Below, one piece after another: positions 38,950 to 53,403 of a stretch of 64,000 bases of DNA (position 1 is the first letter of the stretch; every line of letters begins with the position of its first letter). The notes beneath the pieces were generated by a model, which saw only the letters and a list, made by a program, of their open reading frames with translations, did no database searches and was not told where the DNA came from. The position numbers and the translations under genes are program-made. Source of the stretch: Mytilus trossulus (lineage: Eukaryota); contig NC_086379.1 of NCBI RefSeq assembly GCF_036588685.1, positions 33,852,001 through 33,916,000 of the forward strand, in the 5' to 3' direction.

Positions 38950-39325
38950 ACAACTAGCACCAGCATATGGAGTATATGTGTCTCAATTGATACGTTACAC
39001 TAGAGCTATCTCACAATACGTTGATTTTGTTGAACGAGGAATACTGCTTTCTCAAAAGTTGCTAAGACAGGGCTATGAATCAATCAAATTCAGGTCATCA
39101 CTCAAAAAATTTGACGGTCGCCATCATGAGATGAATTGCCATTATGGCAAAAGTGTGTCAGAAATCATATGTGATATTCTTCCTCGGTCATAAAAACCTT
39201 ACATCATTACCGAACTGAACAAAGAAATAACACGACAGATGCTGTATACGGTGCAAGAAATGCTTACCCTTCCGGAGCACCTGATTTCACTCCCGGTTTT
39301 TAGTGGAGTTCGTGTTGTTTTTAAT
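38950..39325 (+). mobile_element. 3' fragment of a Penelope-like element (RT C-terminus and 3' UTR)
   Basis: APAYGVYVSQLIRYTRA....DFVERG.LLSQKLL.QGY...KFRSSLKKF.GRHHE, same family type as 20790-22229; followed by TGCTTACCCTTCCGGAGCACCTG... Confidence 0.75.
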
Positions 39326-41421
39326 AATTACTTATAGCTGTTTATGTAAATGTCCTTTGGTTTTGTGAGTCTTTGTTTACTCCTTGGTATTCATTGGTAT
39401 TGTCTAAAACACAAATACCTTTGCGCAGATTAAAACCTAGAGAGAATGGTTTACTGATTTCTTACTTCTTCTTTGATCGATTGATACTGATTGGAAATAA
39501 AAGAGTCTACTGTGGATTAATTATAATTCGTTGGATACCAATTTCGTGGATTTCGTGGGTACAGGTGATTCACGAAATTATATGTTCAACGAATAAGAAT
39601 ATTTATTTAGACTTATGAGCAGACATCGGTAAAACACGAAATTAAATACCGCGAACATGTGAGTTTTCCTAAATCCACTAAAATTAGTACCCACGAAATC
39701 GAATCCAAAGTATTTTATAAAAACAAATTAAGAAAGGATACCAGTCAAGATTATGTAAATTTTGACAATTTCCTGGAAGATGTGGACAAACAAGTTAACA
39801 ATAGATGAACTATTTAACTAGCAACGCAAAGTTTAGTTTTATGTTTATCACAAAATAATTTAATTTCGGATGTAAAGCGTCTTCTGATTGTCTGACATTA
39901 TTTTGTAATCAGCCCATAGACATAATTTAGTCATGTCACCGTGACGTCATTAACGTTTTTTCATGGTTTTCTACGGTTTTAAATGGAATTCAGAATTAGA
40001 TTATAAGAAATGACTGTAATATTTTTTCTGTCTATTCGAAATAACATAAAAAAATGTAGTGCACTGTTAAATAACCCGCTACGAGCGTTATTCAGTGAGC
40101 ACCACATTTTCTATGTTATTTCTTCATAGACAGAAAAAAAAATTACAGTCATTCCTTAAATAACAAATTAAACCATAGATACATGTTAAAAATCTTAATG
40201 TGAAGTTATTGGCTTAATTTGACTATTACTGTTTTTGAAATATTCATATGACTTGGCTCTTACATTATACATACCGTCACTGTGTTATTGTGCCAAGTAA
40301 ATTTTCTGTATTCTTATCTTTCGTTTTGTGCTTATATGCTTTTTCTATATTCCTTTTGTGTTTCTTTGTAGAACTATTTGCTTTTGTTTTTTAGTGATTA
40401 CGTGTTGACTGACTGAGTCACTGAAGTACCACTATTTTCAACATTTGCACCTATGTTTTCTGTTTGTTTTGTTTTAACATTGCTTTTAATATAATTGCAT
40501 GTTATGTAATACCAGTGATAAGTTTAGCTAGCTATAAAACCAGCTTTAATCCAACAATTTCAACATAGGAAAATGCATGTACCAAGTCTTAAATAACTAT
40601 TACAGTTGTTATCCATTTGTTTCATGTGTTTGAACTTTTGATTTTGCCATTTGCTTAGGGACTATCCGTTTAGAATTTACCGCGGAGATCGGTATTTTTG
40701 TTATATAAAATAGTGTTTATATCAATACGTAGGAACATAGAACAAATAACATTAATGCTAGAAACATGAATACTACATGTACAATAGACACAAATCACCG
40801 ATACAAAAAGTACTAGTCTTATACAACAGTTACTAAAAGTTAATTCAGCAGCAATTACATCTAATGAATAATTCTTGATGTATCGGACTATATGTATAAT
40901 TTAATTGTTTGTGAAAAGTAAAATAGCCACAAAAAAGTCCTTTATCAAGTCAGGAACCTCAATGCCCTTGAAAATCTTTTGTGTTGGTGTGTATGTGTGT
41001 GTTTTTGATTTTTGTTTGTGTTCTTAGTATGTCAAATGTGACGTCCATTTTACTGAACTAGTTTACATTCTTGTTTTAGGGCCATCTCCAATTGCAGGAG
41101 TTTTTGGCTTCGTGAAAGAAAAAAAACACTAGTTAGACAGCTTAAGAGAGATCAACACTTATATAACCAGAACATAGATACTCTGGTAGGTTAGGGAAAG
41201 CTGTGCCAAATTTGCATTAATTGCGTACATTATATACACTACAACATGCGTTGGTTCCCCTCGATAATGTCACATCGAAGAGAATAAATATGGTTGTGGT
41301 TTCATTTTGTTGACAATTATATTATATTGGATCCGTGGTGGTCTGTGACATGGTACAACAAACGAAGATTAAGTCCGTTAAACTTTCGAATTGATCACTT
41401 TACCTCTAGGAAACTCTTATA

Positions 41422-41711
41422 CAGTATTTTTCAACCGACACTCAATATTCCTACAACAAATGTTGCTGTTCATGCCGACTTAGTCTTCTCTTCATGAGAG
41501 GCAACAGTCTAGCAGCGCCGTCATATAGACATTATATCGTCCCGTTGATGCAATTTTTAAGAGTTATAATTACTTTCATTATGCAATTGATCGAACGCCA
41601 CTGATCTCATGACAACTTTTGAACAGACGTTGCCTCACATGAAGAGAAGACTAAGTCGGCAAGAACAGGAGGATAGTTGTAGGGATATTGAGTCTCGGTG
41701 GAAAAATACTG
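41422..41711. mobile_element. Foldback/MITE with ~90-bp imperfect inverted arms
   Basis: CAGTATTTTTCAACCGACACTCAATATTCCTACAAC...GCCGACTTAGTCTTCTCTTCATG vs CATGAAGAGAAGACTAAGTCGGC...GTTGTAGGGATATTGAGTCTCGGTGGAAAAATACTG. Confidence 0.7.
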
Positions 41712-42796
41712 AATACGAGATGAATAATTGAACTGTGTGAAAACTGATAAGAGACTTTCCGTTTTGAATATTCCCCAGAGTTCAGTACTTTTGTGATTTT
41801 ACTTTTCATTGGACATTAATTGATTGCGAAAACATTTGTTAAAACAAACTGCTATCATTCTGGGCGTTAAATGCATTTGCGATATTGGCAACAACACAAT
41901 GCATGTCTTGAAATAATTTATTAAAAACGTTATATACACATGTGACCGCAAGCGTTATTCATATTTAGTTTGTCTTGGTTATCATCTCGTTGATGTATAA
42001 CACACCAATCATATATGCATGTGTAGATATGTATATTACTTTCATTTTATTCAATACAAGAAGTCATAAACTATATAATAAGCAACACAAATGACGCAAC
42101 ACATGGAAATGTGTTTCACAATTATTTGCTATACATTTGTAGAAATGCATTACATAATTTGAAACCTTACAAATTAAATGTAAAGTTTACATGAAAGAGA
42201 AACCAATGGAGTTAGAGCATTTTTTCAAATAGTAATTTTAGTATTAAAACAATGTTTAAATACATGTATACCAAATAACTTAAATAAACGCCATCGACGG
42301 TTGTTTGGGTTTTATATATTGTATGTTCATGTTTTTTTGAAATTAAAAACAAATCTGCCCTATCTATTGATATATGATAAATACCACTAAAAGTGTTCTT
42401 ACGTGTGCTAGCAAAGGTAAACAATGTGATTGTAACTATCTACTTTGTCTATCTAAAATTGCTCTTTATGGCTGCATAGCATTGATTTATATAATAACCG
42501 CAATATAGCCCTTATCATACATGTAGCTCTGCATTTTTATGATGAACAATTATTAAGTAAAATTTTAGAGTCAATTAAATTGGTAGGAATGATTTCTAAG
42601 CACAATGCATGTATCATGTTAGAAGAAAACATATATAACGAGATATTATTGACTGTTACAATAAAAACATATTTTTTTTTTTAATCATAAATAGTTAATA
42701 TTCAATCAAAGTTTGCGTTTAACATAAAACTTTCATAATTATCTTAAATTTTAATTAGGATATTTGAAAACAATAAAAATAAACAGAAATGGGCAC

Positions 42797-45700
42797 TCAA
42801 AGGGAAAGTAGCATTTGACTCAAAATATTTGCCACTGTTAAAAGATATAATAGCGCAACTGTTTCTCTACCACCGCCATTGCCTGAAAGAAAGAAATGTG
42901 AGTGTACATAACAAAGAGTATCCGTCCTACATGTAAGTATATAAATGTGGAAATAAATGTTTTCATAATCAACTTTCTGAGGAATTAAAACTCGTCGTTC
43001 CGTTGTTTTACTAGTAACTGTTGTTATTGTTATTTTCAATACTTCAGCCACTCGGAAAATGACACAGGGAAAACTGTCTATTTCCAATCTTGAATAAGCT
43101 GAACACATGTCTTTACCTAACATGTTCTTAAGTCCAGCTTAATTTAATTTGATGCGTTGATAAACTAAACAAAATTATAATAAGTCTAGAAGGGTTTCAG
43201 TTGTATAGTAGACCGGTTCGCTGTAATAATACCCACAGACATAAAACTATGAATGATTTGGCTTTGTAGCCCACATACGTATAAATGCGTATAACTGAGT
43301 CTCAAATTTTGTTGATGTTATTCTGGTTACTTTTACTTACTGCATAGAATGCCAGCCTATCTTGAGAATTAAATAGACGCATGTCAGATATTTATTATCT
43401 AATTAGTTTCACATGTATTATGTTTTTGTATCTCTAAACTGTAGTAAAATGATTTGTATTTGCATTCTATTATATGATATAATTGTTTCAATTCCTTAAA
43501 ATTTTCAAGTTTTTTTTATATAATTTAAAACTTTACATTTGAAATTATTACCTAGGTTCATGATGTCTGTATAGTATAGGACTTTTTTCATGCTAGACGA
43601 TAACGAGTCTTTTGGGTGAAATAACTGCAATGTTGTAATATATTAAATGGAACACAAAATCAATTCAGGCGAATATTGTATTTCCTTGAATGTTTTACTT
43701 AAATATGCAAATAAATCTCTTTGATTCTCCACAATACAATAAAATACCATTGCAAATTTTTTAAACGGACTCATTTTGTTTTCAGTTGTTCTAGTATAAA
43801 ACTTCTTACAATAATGGTATACTATAAAGGCGGATTGGGCGTAGAAGAAGAATCAACTATTTTTGCAAGAGACAATTGCAATTTAAAGAATAAATACGAA
43901 TTCATATTTAAGAAATGAATGTCGATGTGAGTAATTTATTGGGGTGCTTAGATCATGTATACCCGTTTTTGTCAAGCTTACTGAATAATGACATCACCCG
44001 ATACTGTGTTAGTTTGATTGGCTTCATGTTCAGACAACAATCGCAGGTCAATCAAAAATTAACCTTCATTTTAAATCAAATTGTTACATTCGTGATGACA
44101 TGTGTTTATAAGAAAAACTTTATAAAAACTGTTTTACGTGGTCTTTTTTGGCATAACATATGTAATTATAAGAAATTAATGCTTCTTGTTGTAATGTTGT
44201 TGGGAGTGTAAAAGTTTTATCGTGCATACATTTTATGGAGGGAGCGCTTCCGCACTTCATACTTAACTGTGCTTCGATAACACTTTTCCCTCCAATAAAT
44301 TACTAAGAGAAGCTTTCATTTCTTAATTGATGAAAAAAGTACCTACACTGAGTAGGACTCACTACTGGTGATGCTTCATATCCCATGTCACACGTGCAAT
44401 TCGTGTTACACGTGGCATGGACGACACAACGTCCCTCTTCACAATCTTCATATGGTTTCCTTCCTGTTAATAAATAAAAATTAGAAGAAAAAAAAACATT
44501 CTTGTACAGGTAAAATTGATGATAAACATATAATTTTAATCCATTATATGATTTTAAACAGACCAAGAAAAATCCAGTGGCAAGAGTTTCCCTGTTTATG
44601 TATAGCTGTATTCAAGTTTAATATAACACTTAATGACCATCGTTCGTCCTCTCAGGGGAAGGTGATAGTTAAAAAATTAGATGTCCCCAATACTAAAATA
44701 CACACGAAGCGAAGCTATATATTATTTAGACCATGCCCTGTAAATTGTTTATTTCAGATTTTTTTATAATTTAGTTAAATTTTTTACATGGTAATAAATC
44801 AATAAAGGAGAATTTGTGTCAATCAATACACGGAATGTATAAGAACCCAGCCACGTCCACTTGTATGTGTGTCCATTTGATGAGTCAAGCCTTTTTCAAC
44901 TGATTTTTATTGTTCGTTCTTATGTTGTACTGTTATACCACTGCCCCAGGTTAGGAGGGTTGGGATCCCGCTAGCATGTTAACCCCGCCACATTATTTAT
45001 GTATGTGCCTATCCCAAGTCAGGAGCCTGTAAATTCAGTGGTTGTCGTTTGTTTATATAAAAAAGACCTATAGTTTTCTCATTTAGATTGTTTTACATTG
45101 TCTTATTGGGGCCTTTTATAGCTGACTATGCGGTATGGGCTTTGCTAATTGATTGTTGAATGCCGTACGGTGACCTATAGTTAATGTCTGTGTCAATTTG
45201 GTCTTTTGTGGATAGGTGTCTCATTGACAATCATACCACATCTTCTTTTTTATAACTTCTCATATATTAAGAAATATTCTTTTTCATATATAAAGAAATA
45301 TTCTTTTTTATATATTAAGAAATATTCTCCTTCATATATTAATATTCTTAAATTCCTTACAAAAACGAAATTATAACTTGAGTGCCATATTTGGGATGAT
45401 ATTGTTGGTCGTTTCTTTAGGGGACATTTGTTAAGAGAAGGGGTGGGGGAGATTGATGTTTTTTTCCTAAAACAACAATCTAAATCCCAATTTGATGAAG
45501 GACAATATTTTGGTCAAGCAGATTTTTCCCGTAACTTATAGCGTTAAATTGAAACAAAAATATTTTGATTGATAGCGTCGAAAAAATAAAAAAAACAATA
45601 AAAATGTGCGAAAAAAATCCAACTGGTACAAAAAAAGTTGACCTCGTTTAAGTTAAAATATTTACTACTTTATGTACTGTTATTGCGGACTTAACCTGTT

Positions 45701-48700
45701 TGGAATAACTAAAATTAGACCTCAGCATTACACATAGAACTCATAGTTGTAAATTGCTTTTGTTTGGTCTAAATTAATGAAAATGTGACTTGTCTTTTTA
45801 AAGAAGCAATTTTGACAGAAATAACGCACACGACTACGGGGCTGTTTACTGATCTTAGTCACATGTACACACGGGATTCGCACAGTCGTTGTGTTCCTGT
45901 CGCATAATTGCCACACATCTTGTTCTAATATGTTTTGGTCTATTATAAGTTTTTTTTAAGTATGCAATGTCTTACTTTCATAACAAGTCCCTCCTTCTTC
46001 GTAATAGTTACTGTTACACAGACATTGATATATCCCCAAACCTTGGTTGAGGCATCCCATGTTGGCTTCTAAACATTGGTCAGCTGCAGAATCTGTATTA
46101 TCACATGTTCCATTAAATGCTTTTCCTGAAATGAATTTTATACATTATGTTCACAGCTTAATCTCAATAATCGACTGACATTATACAATTATAACCATTG
46201 TCTGAGGTCGATATAACCTCCAATTGACCAAAACCAGCGGCTACAATTGTTATATCATTAATCAACAACTATTGCATGAACAATTACACATTGGAGATTT
46301 CTATATTGTATTTTAGCACATGCTGTACAAATGCATGTCCTGTTTAATTTGCTGTTTTGGGCTACGAACGCTATACGCAACAGTATTTGCGTTTAAACTG
46401 AGTAATTTATTAGATACAAATGTACATGTGATCAACTTTTAACGAATCACTAATCCTTAAAAATATTTCATTAATAATGTCAATAGATACAAAACAATAT
46501 GCGTTCCCATTTCCATTCTCAATTTTATTGTGTAAAGTTACTCGAATTTAAGGCAAACATGTACGATACAGAAGAAAACTATAACGTTGATCGATCATTT
46601 CTTGAAATTAATACACACAACCTTTTCTCTGAAATTATAACTCAAAACAAATGTGATATGTAAATTTGTCAAATACAACGAAAAATATCATATTATTACT
46701 AAGTTTTCGAGATAACAAAGATGTTTCGCGGGGAGGGAGCGGTTACTGAAGTGTTCTAAAAAAAAAAAAAAGCATTTATATAATTTTAAGTTGATTAGAC
46801 GAAAGTTAAATAATATAATATAATTATCGCGAAATATTTAATTTAAAAGTTTTTCTGATAGTTGAATTTCTGCACAGCAAAATTAATGTATTAGGAAAAC
46901 ATTATTATTATTTTTACCCACGATATTTGACTAAAACATACATGGTATGGCCTTTTATAGCTTCCATGTACCGTGCAGTATCAGTTTTGTTCATTGTTGA
47001 AGGCTTGTTTGGTGACCTTATATTGTTAATTTCTAATAGATATAGGAAGATGTGGTGTGAGTGCCAATGAGACAACTCTCCATCCAAATAACAATTTAAA
47101 AAGTAAACCATTATAGGTTTAGTCAATTTGAGTTCCGGATGAGGGTCGTCTCATTTGGTAATCATACTACATGTACATAGTGGCGGACCCAGAACTTTTA
47201 TAAGGAGAGAAGAAGGGCGCTCCAGTCATGCTTCAGTGATTCCCTATATAATCAAATCAATCTTTTTTCCCGTGAACGGAGAGGCGGGCACCCCACCCCC
47301 ACCCCCTTTGGATCCGCCTATGCGACATCTACTTAGTTTATTTAAATGTGTTCGTTAAAATTTGGGCTTTAATTTGTAGTTAAATGTGTAATTGAAAATT
47401 ATACATCCGTGTTATTGTTTAATGATGCACTGATGATTACAACAGAACAAAATGGTTGTGAATATGCTTAATATATCATTTTAAGATAAAACAGACCCTA
47501 TCGTTTTTAGCAAGTTAACAAGGTAAATAAATATTTGTCTAAGGCTCTATAATTCGCACTACAGTTTGAGTTCCTCTGTCATATCACTATCGACTTGATG
47601 GTGCTTTGAATTTCACACTACCCAACCCAATTGATATATCAGGCCCGTTTGTATATGCCTCAATCTAAAGGGACGTTTAACTGCCTGAATATTTTAAATG
47701 ACACTAGTGAAGTGAATCTGGCCTTAAAAATGAGATGAGTAATCTAAATCGTTGTTTTGCCATTTGTTGTTTTTTCTCCAAAAATTTCACACCCTGTATA
47801 TCTGACAAGGTTTCCCAAAATAGCGAAATTTGAAAGTGTCTTAAGATGTTTATTTATTGATACAAATATAGAATGATGTTTAATTACATATATCACCTTT
47901 CAGCAAAACCATGACTATGTGAGAACACATTTTTGTTTCTTTGCAAACAAAAAAAGACAACGAAAGGGTATAATTATTTCCACTATGTGCTGAAAAATTG
48001 TAACTGGGCGTACGTGAAGAAAGCTGAAATTATTCAAATCTAACAATATGTGTAAAATCATTATTTTTGTATGATTTTCTTTAAAATGTCCTAACACCAC
48101 GACAAACAAAATAAATCGATGGTATTATTTTTCCATCTTGAATACAAGAGACATTATATAATATCTTACGTGGTGCGCAGAGACCAGTTTTCTTTTCAAA
48201 ATGATTGTCTTTGCATAAACATTTGAATCCATTATCATTCCGGCATTCAGCAAGAGAATCTTCACATTGGTCAGCCGATTCACTCACTTCACATACTGTA
48301 TTTAATACAATTTCTGGAAGAAATAAATGGAGAGGTGTTCATGGTACACAGATAATGTACCCGATTGCATATAACGTTATAAAGCGGCATAACTCGAGAA
48401 TAGTAAAAGGGACGCCAACCAAATTCGAACTTGATCTGTGTTTTGTTGCTATTAACATTGTGTTTAAGTTTAGTACATGTAAAATATGGTTGAGGCAAAT
48501 AAAGTAAGAGATCGCATTTCCGAAACCAATTTGTGGAGTACGTAAGAACATACGGACGGATAAGGGTAACACTAAAATGCCCCTTCCGATGACGGAGGGG
48601 TTATGAAAAAAAGATACATACTATGCGCATCATGCATTGAGAATTTGTAGGTCGCATATTGAAGATAAAGGAAACCAAATGTTTTCAATTTGTCCGTCCG

Positions 48701-51700
48701 TCTGTCTGTTTTGTAAACGCTTTATTTCAAAAAGAATGGATAGGACATCAATCATGTCAATGTAAATTAAATCAATTGTACATAATTCTGTATATGTGCA
48801 TATTATTAATTTTTTTAAATTAGTTAATTCATTTTTGAGGAATTTTAATTTTTTTGTTTAAATACCACTTATTTCGAGAAATGCATTTTGTTAGCTTAAA
48901 AGACCTCCATAATATAAAATGTTGCACAGTTGTTTACATGATATGCACGGATTGATAAGTTTTGTTGTTGTTGAAAGTCACCTTCAATCACTAGCTATCC
49001 ATGACGGCCAGTGTTTTCATTGGTTGTGGAATCCGGAGAGAAGCACCGACCTTGGACAGTAAGCTGCGTATCCTTGTAAATTCCGATCTAATTCGAAGGC
49101 GGAAGGATGTTTTGCGGATTAAAAAAGTATTTTTTCACATCCTGTTACGCATGCTTTCTATCCCCCTCCTTGATATTCAAATGGTCGTTCCCTCATACAT
49201 TTGTGCGTCTGTATGACTCATTGATACATGTATGTATAGGTTCTTTTAGGTTGTAACAATTCAAGTCGTACTCAGATAAATGTGTATAAAAGATAGTATG
49301 CAGTCATGTACATTAAAATATTACAGGAAGCACATTTTCAATTTTCAACCCAGTACACCCATTCATATCTTTGTTGTTTTTATACCATAACAAGCAAAAT
49401 TTCAAGATATAATTTACACTTCATTAAAACTTACTTGTAGCACATTCCGTGGTGTTATTTTTTCTAAATGTTGTACTGGAACAAGTACAGTTGTTGTTAC
49501 TACCACATATGTTCCCTGTTTCTGAACAAGTTGAACTAGTACAATTTTCGCCATAAGCTGCTCCTACATGTAAATAGTGATCGCACACTTATGATTAATA
49601 ATGATGATAGATATAGGAAGATGTGGTATGAGTGCCACTGAGACAACTCTCTATTTAAATAAAAATTTATAAAAGTAAACCATTACAGGTCAATGTACGG
49701 CCTTCAACACGGAGCCTTGGTTCACACCGAACAACAAGCTATAAAGAGCCCCAAAATTACTAGACTAAGTGTAAAACCATTCGAACGGGTCTAATCTATA
49801 TAAAAAAAACGAGAAATTTATATTTTGGTATTGATGGCAAATCTGAGATGTTTTCATGTTCAGATATAATTCAATTTAAAGTTTGCCATTAAAACAGAAC
49901 AAATAGGATAAGAATTCAAAATGTTTAACTAGATTTTCGATTTGTTTTAGGGTTGTTGTCTCGTGGGCGTTCATGCCATCATTCATAACGTTTGCCATTA
50001 CTATAATTTGTTTGTGTTATTTACCACGTAGATTTTTTATAAAAGTACTATTTACTACTGTTTTCCGAGAATAATAAATAAATTGCAAGCATTTCAGTTA
50101 AATGTATTAATGAAAGCACATTTCACTGAAAAGTTTAATACATAGATAATTTTAATAGCGTATTTAAATGTTTTGTTTTCTTTCATTACAATTGCAGCAT
50201 AGTAATAAGTAAATCCTATTGGAAATTACCATCATACCTTCAACTGATAATGCACAAACAATTGTAATCAATATCCATACACCAGTAACTTTAACTTTTA
50301 GGTGGTCCTGTGAATAAGATAGAAATCACCAAAAAAAAGCATATGATATGTTGTCTATTTTAAAAAATAACAATGATGACTTGTCTTCAATTTAAACAAA
50401 AAGCTGTTGTTGCATGTACATTTTTATAAATAACAATAAAACTGTTATCTATTCATGGCAGGCTAAACATTAAGGTGGGGATATAATGTTACACCTACAT
50501 CCACATTTTGCGTCCGGCCGTCTGTTTGTAAAGCATACATTTTTGTCTAAGTGTTTCGAATAAACAAACAAAATGGCGAAATAAACAGGCAGCAGTTTCA
50601 CTAAAGTGAATTGTTACACGTGGACACATTCTGTCAGAAACTAACTGTTTTTTTCCTTCGATTCTTCACAGTTTTTGAAAATATTTTCAAGGACCACACA
50701 TACTTTTTGTCACACTTTTATGAACAGAACATAATAATTTTATATATGGTCAGGAGCTTAAAGATGTTTAGGCTAGCGCTTGAACTTTAATTTCATAAAT
50801 TTCAGACACCTAAATTTACATTATATGTTTTTCCGAAATTACAAGTGGGAATATGAGTAGCTAATAACTCGCCCAACTGAGTGTTCTTTTCATAAATAGT
50901 GTTTATAGACATGGTTTGGGGAAATCTTCCATTTTAATCGATTGGGTTATTTGAGATGTGGTGAGCTAAAAAAGAAAGTACTTTATAACGTCTAGGATAT
51001 AATACATGGCAGGAGCAAAAAAAAACCCAAAAAATTCCCACTTCTGCTACAAAAATTCAGTTACTTAAGTGTTAATCACATTTATATAATTCATGCTTCC
51101 TATTATATACAATGTAGGTGAGACGTATAATTATGTTTTTGCCCTTTTATATGAGTAAAACATCATACACAAGGAATGGAACGTGCAGTTAGAGAAGATT
51201 ATGCTGCTGTTGCTTGGTCATCCTGAGAAGTCCATTAATAATCTCAGACGAAGAAAAGAAAAGGGTAGATGAGAAGAGAAGCACAATTGTCTAAAAATCC
51301 ACTCTACAGTCCGAGTTTTTGTTCAGTTTAGGTAGGCATATACTTTTACAAAATGTGCATGGGCTTTTTTCTCGCTTGAATTCTGTTTCATTTATAATTT
51401 CGGGGTCTTTTATCTTGCTTATGCGATATGGGTTTTGTTCATTTTTGAAAAACTAAAATTGCTAACTTTTGCGTAATTTTGGATGTGTTGAATAGTTATC
51501 TGATTGGCAATCTCTTATTTTAGTTGTCTTAATTGATAGGTCTTTAAGGTCTATGTTTAATAAAATGAACTGTTTTTGGTTGTCTAGCACATTATTTAGT
51601 CAGTACTTCTGAGAATTGTAAGTTTTTTATTCGCGCTTCTAATCTGGTTTCGCAAACTTTATTCTTTATATTACAGTTTAAAAGCGACACACCGACACTA

Positions 51701-53403
51701 TGGTGACACAACATCCCCTTTTATTCATAACAATATACTTATATTTATAGCTCACCTTTTCAACCTAATTTGATTAAAAAGGACATGTTCTTCATTATTT
51801 TCGTATGAAATAACTTGATTTAATCTGCATCCTACTTGATATAAAATACCAATTACATGCACGCAAACGTAAAATTAGGGTTTTATGCGATAGCATGCAT
51901 GTTAAGGAAACAATAAGACAATTGTAATTTAATAAGCCAGTGAACGATTAAAATAATCAACATGTGCCTCCGAATAACTTGGGTGTTAGTCTACAAAGGT
52001 TGTTGTTTTATATTTATAAGTGGGATGGGTTCAAGCTTGAAATTGTAAAAATTAAACAAACAACCCTTTAAATGTCTTGCACAATCCCACTTTCATATAT
52101 GTTATCAAAAAGAACAGGCAATATTTAAAATACTGATTTTTTTTAAAATTTAGTGACGGGGGAATATTTTGTTTATGCATGCCAGAAACAACCACAGGCG
52201 GTTGAGTAATATTCCTACCTTCTATTTTTTTTATAAATATTTAAAAAAGAAATGTTCTTTTCACCTATTTTTTTCTCTTTTTCTATTTTTGTTTTGCTAG
52301 AACACTTATACATTCCATATTAAAAGCAATAACATCACGTGTATATATATACTTCTCACGGTTATTGTATCAATGTATGGATAGGATCAAAACCAAACTA
52401 AAAGTGGTATTCGAGTTTTCCGTCATTCTCTCCAGGCGAATGCACTTTGCAGATCTTACCTATTGGAATTATTCTAAGAATATTTCTCATCATTATGAAA
52501 TGTTAACCACTGGACATTAGGAACTAAGCAACAATAAGTAAATTTAAATACAAAAAATCTTTTAAAGAATGATTGATTGTTGGTTGCTTAACGTCCAGTG
52601 GAAAATATTCCGTGCATGTTCAGGACGACAAAAAGTTAACAATAAATACAATAGATTGGTCTTTTATTAATAGAAGCCATCCGTGATGATGATTGGGGAA
52701 ATTTGGACTGTCACTGGAAACTGAGGGTATACTGGAAGCCAAGGGGCCGAAATTTGGCCTTGCAACAGGCCACCTCAAGGAGTTTTGCACGTGCAAAGAG
52801 CGTGACACTCTCTTTACACGAGGCATCGGATTTAACGTTCCCATTCTAACCGGACGTGGCTACAAACTTGATACATCCCGCACAGCCAAACGGACGCCCC
52901 ACTTTGGCAAGCGTTTTACTGCCGGTCGGGAGAAGACCAAGTCATCATATTTCGTTTCCCCAGTCACCCATGGGGACTTCTTTTAAAGAACATCCATTTT
53001 ACTTTTTGTATGTCTCTTTACAAAAGAATTGAAATACTTTAGTATAATATTTAAAATCATGATCAATAAGGTATTTTGGGATGCAGCTTTTGTACGGAAA
53101 CCCAGAACATATGAATATTAGTTAATATTCAATAGTTTTCATATATCTGTTTATTTTTTTCTGAATTACATGTTCATTGGTGTTGCGCAAATATTTCCAA
53201 TGCGTTGTAAAGAGTTAGACAACTTCATAGCACCTGCTATCGATGCTATTACAATTTTGCATGACAGATAAAAGTATGAAGCTGAAAACAGAAGATGGAA
53301 TATATTTTGGTGTTCGTTTTCAAAAGAAAGAAAATAGTTATTGTAAATATGAACTAGTTTTACACGTACAGTTTTTATTATTTTTTAAATCTCTACTTAC
53401 CAT
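42797..53403 (-). CDS. GPI-anchored cysteine-rich cell-surface protein with four EB/EGF-like 6-Cys modules, 232 aa; exons 53403-53401, 50307-50238, 49563-49435, 48313-48170, 46125-45976, 44463-44347, 42882-42797
   Basis: M|DHLKVKVTGVWILITIVCALSVE|GAAYGENCTSSTC...|KIVLNTVCE...|RKAFNGTCD...|RRKPYEDCEEGRC...PTQ|CNGGGRETVALLYLLTVANILSQMLLSL*. All introns GT-AG, module exons phase 1-1, total 699 nt; signal peptide and hydrophobic C-terminal tail. Confidence 0.88.
44830..45255 (+). repeat. Copy of an abundant interspersed repeat family ending GTTGTCTCATTGGCAATCATACCACATCTT (other copies ~1290, 47040, 49610, 56245, 59600-60170, 63430-63985)
   Basis: Shared terminal motif and internal CCCAAGTCAGGAGCCTGTAATTCAGTGG segment in many positions and both orientations. 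Confidence 0.7.
52570..52978 (-). mobile_element. SINE (5' head truncated) with (CAAT)n tail and 12-bp TSD
   Basis: TCTTTTAAAGAA at 52558-69 and 52979-90. Minus strand ends CCACTGGACGTTAAGCAACCAACAATCAATCA; central GATGCCTCGTGTAAAGAGAGTGTCACGCTCTTTGCACG resembles Nin/Deu-type SINE bodies. Confidence 0.75.

Noticed and set aside
52693-52986. 97-aa ORF
   Set aside because: Antisense reading of a SINE body.
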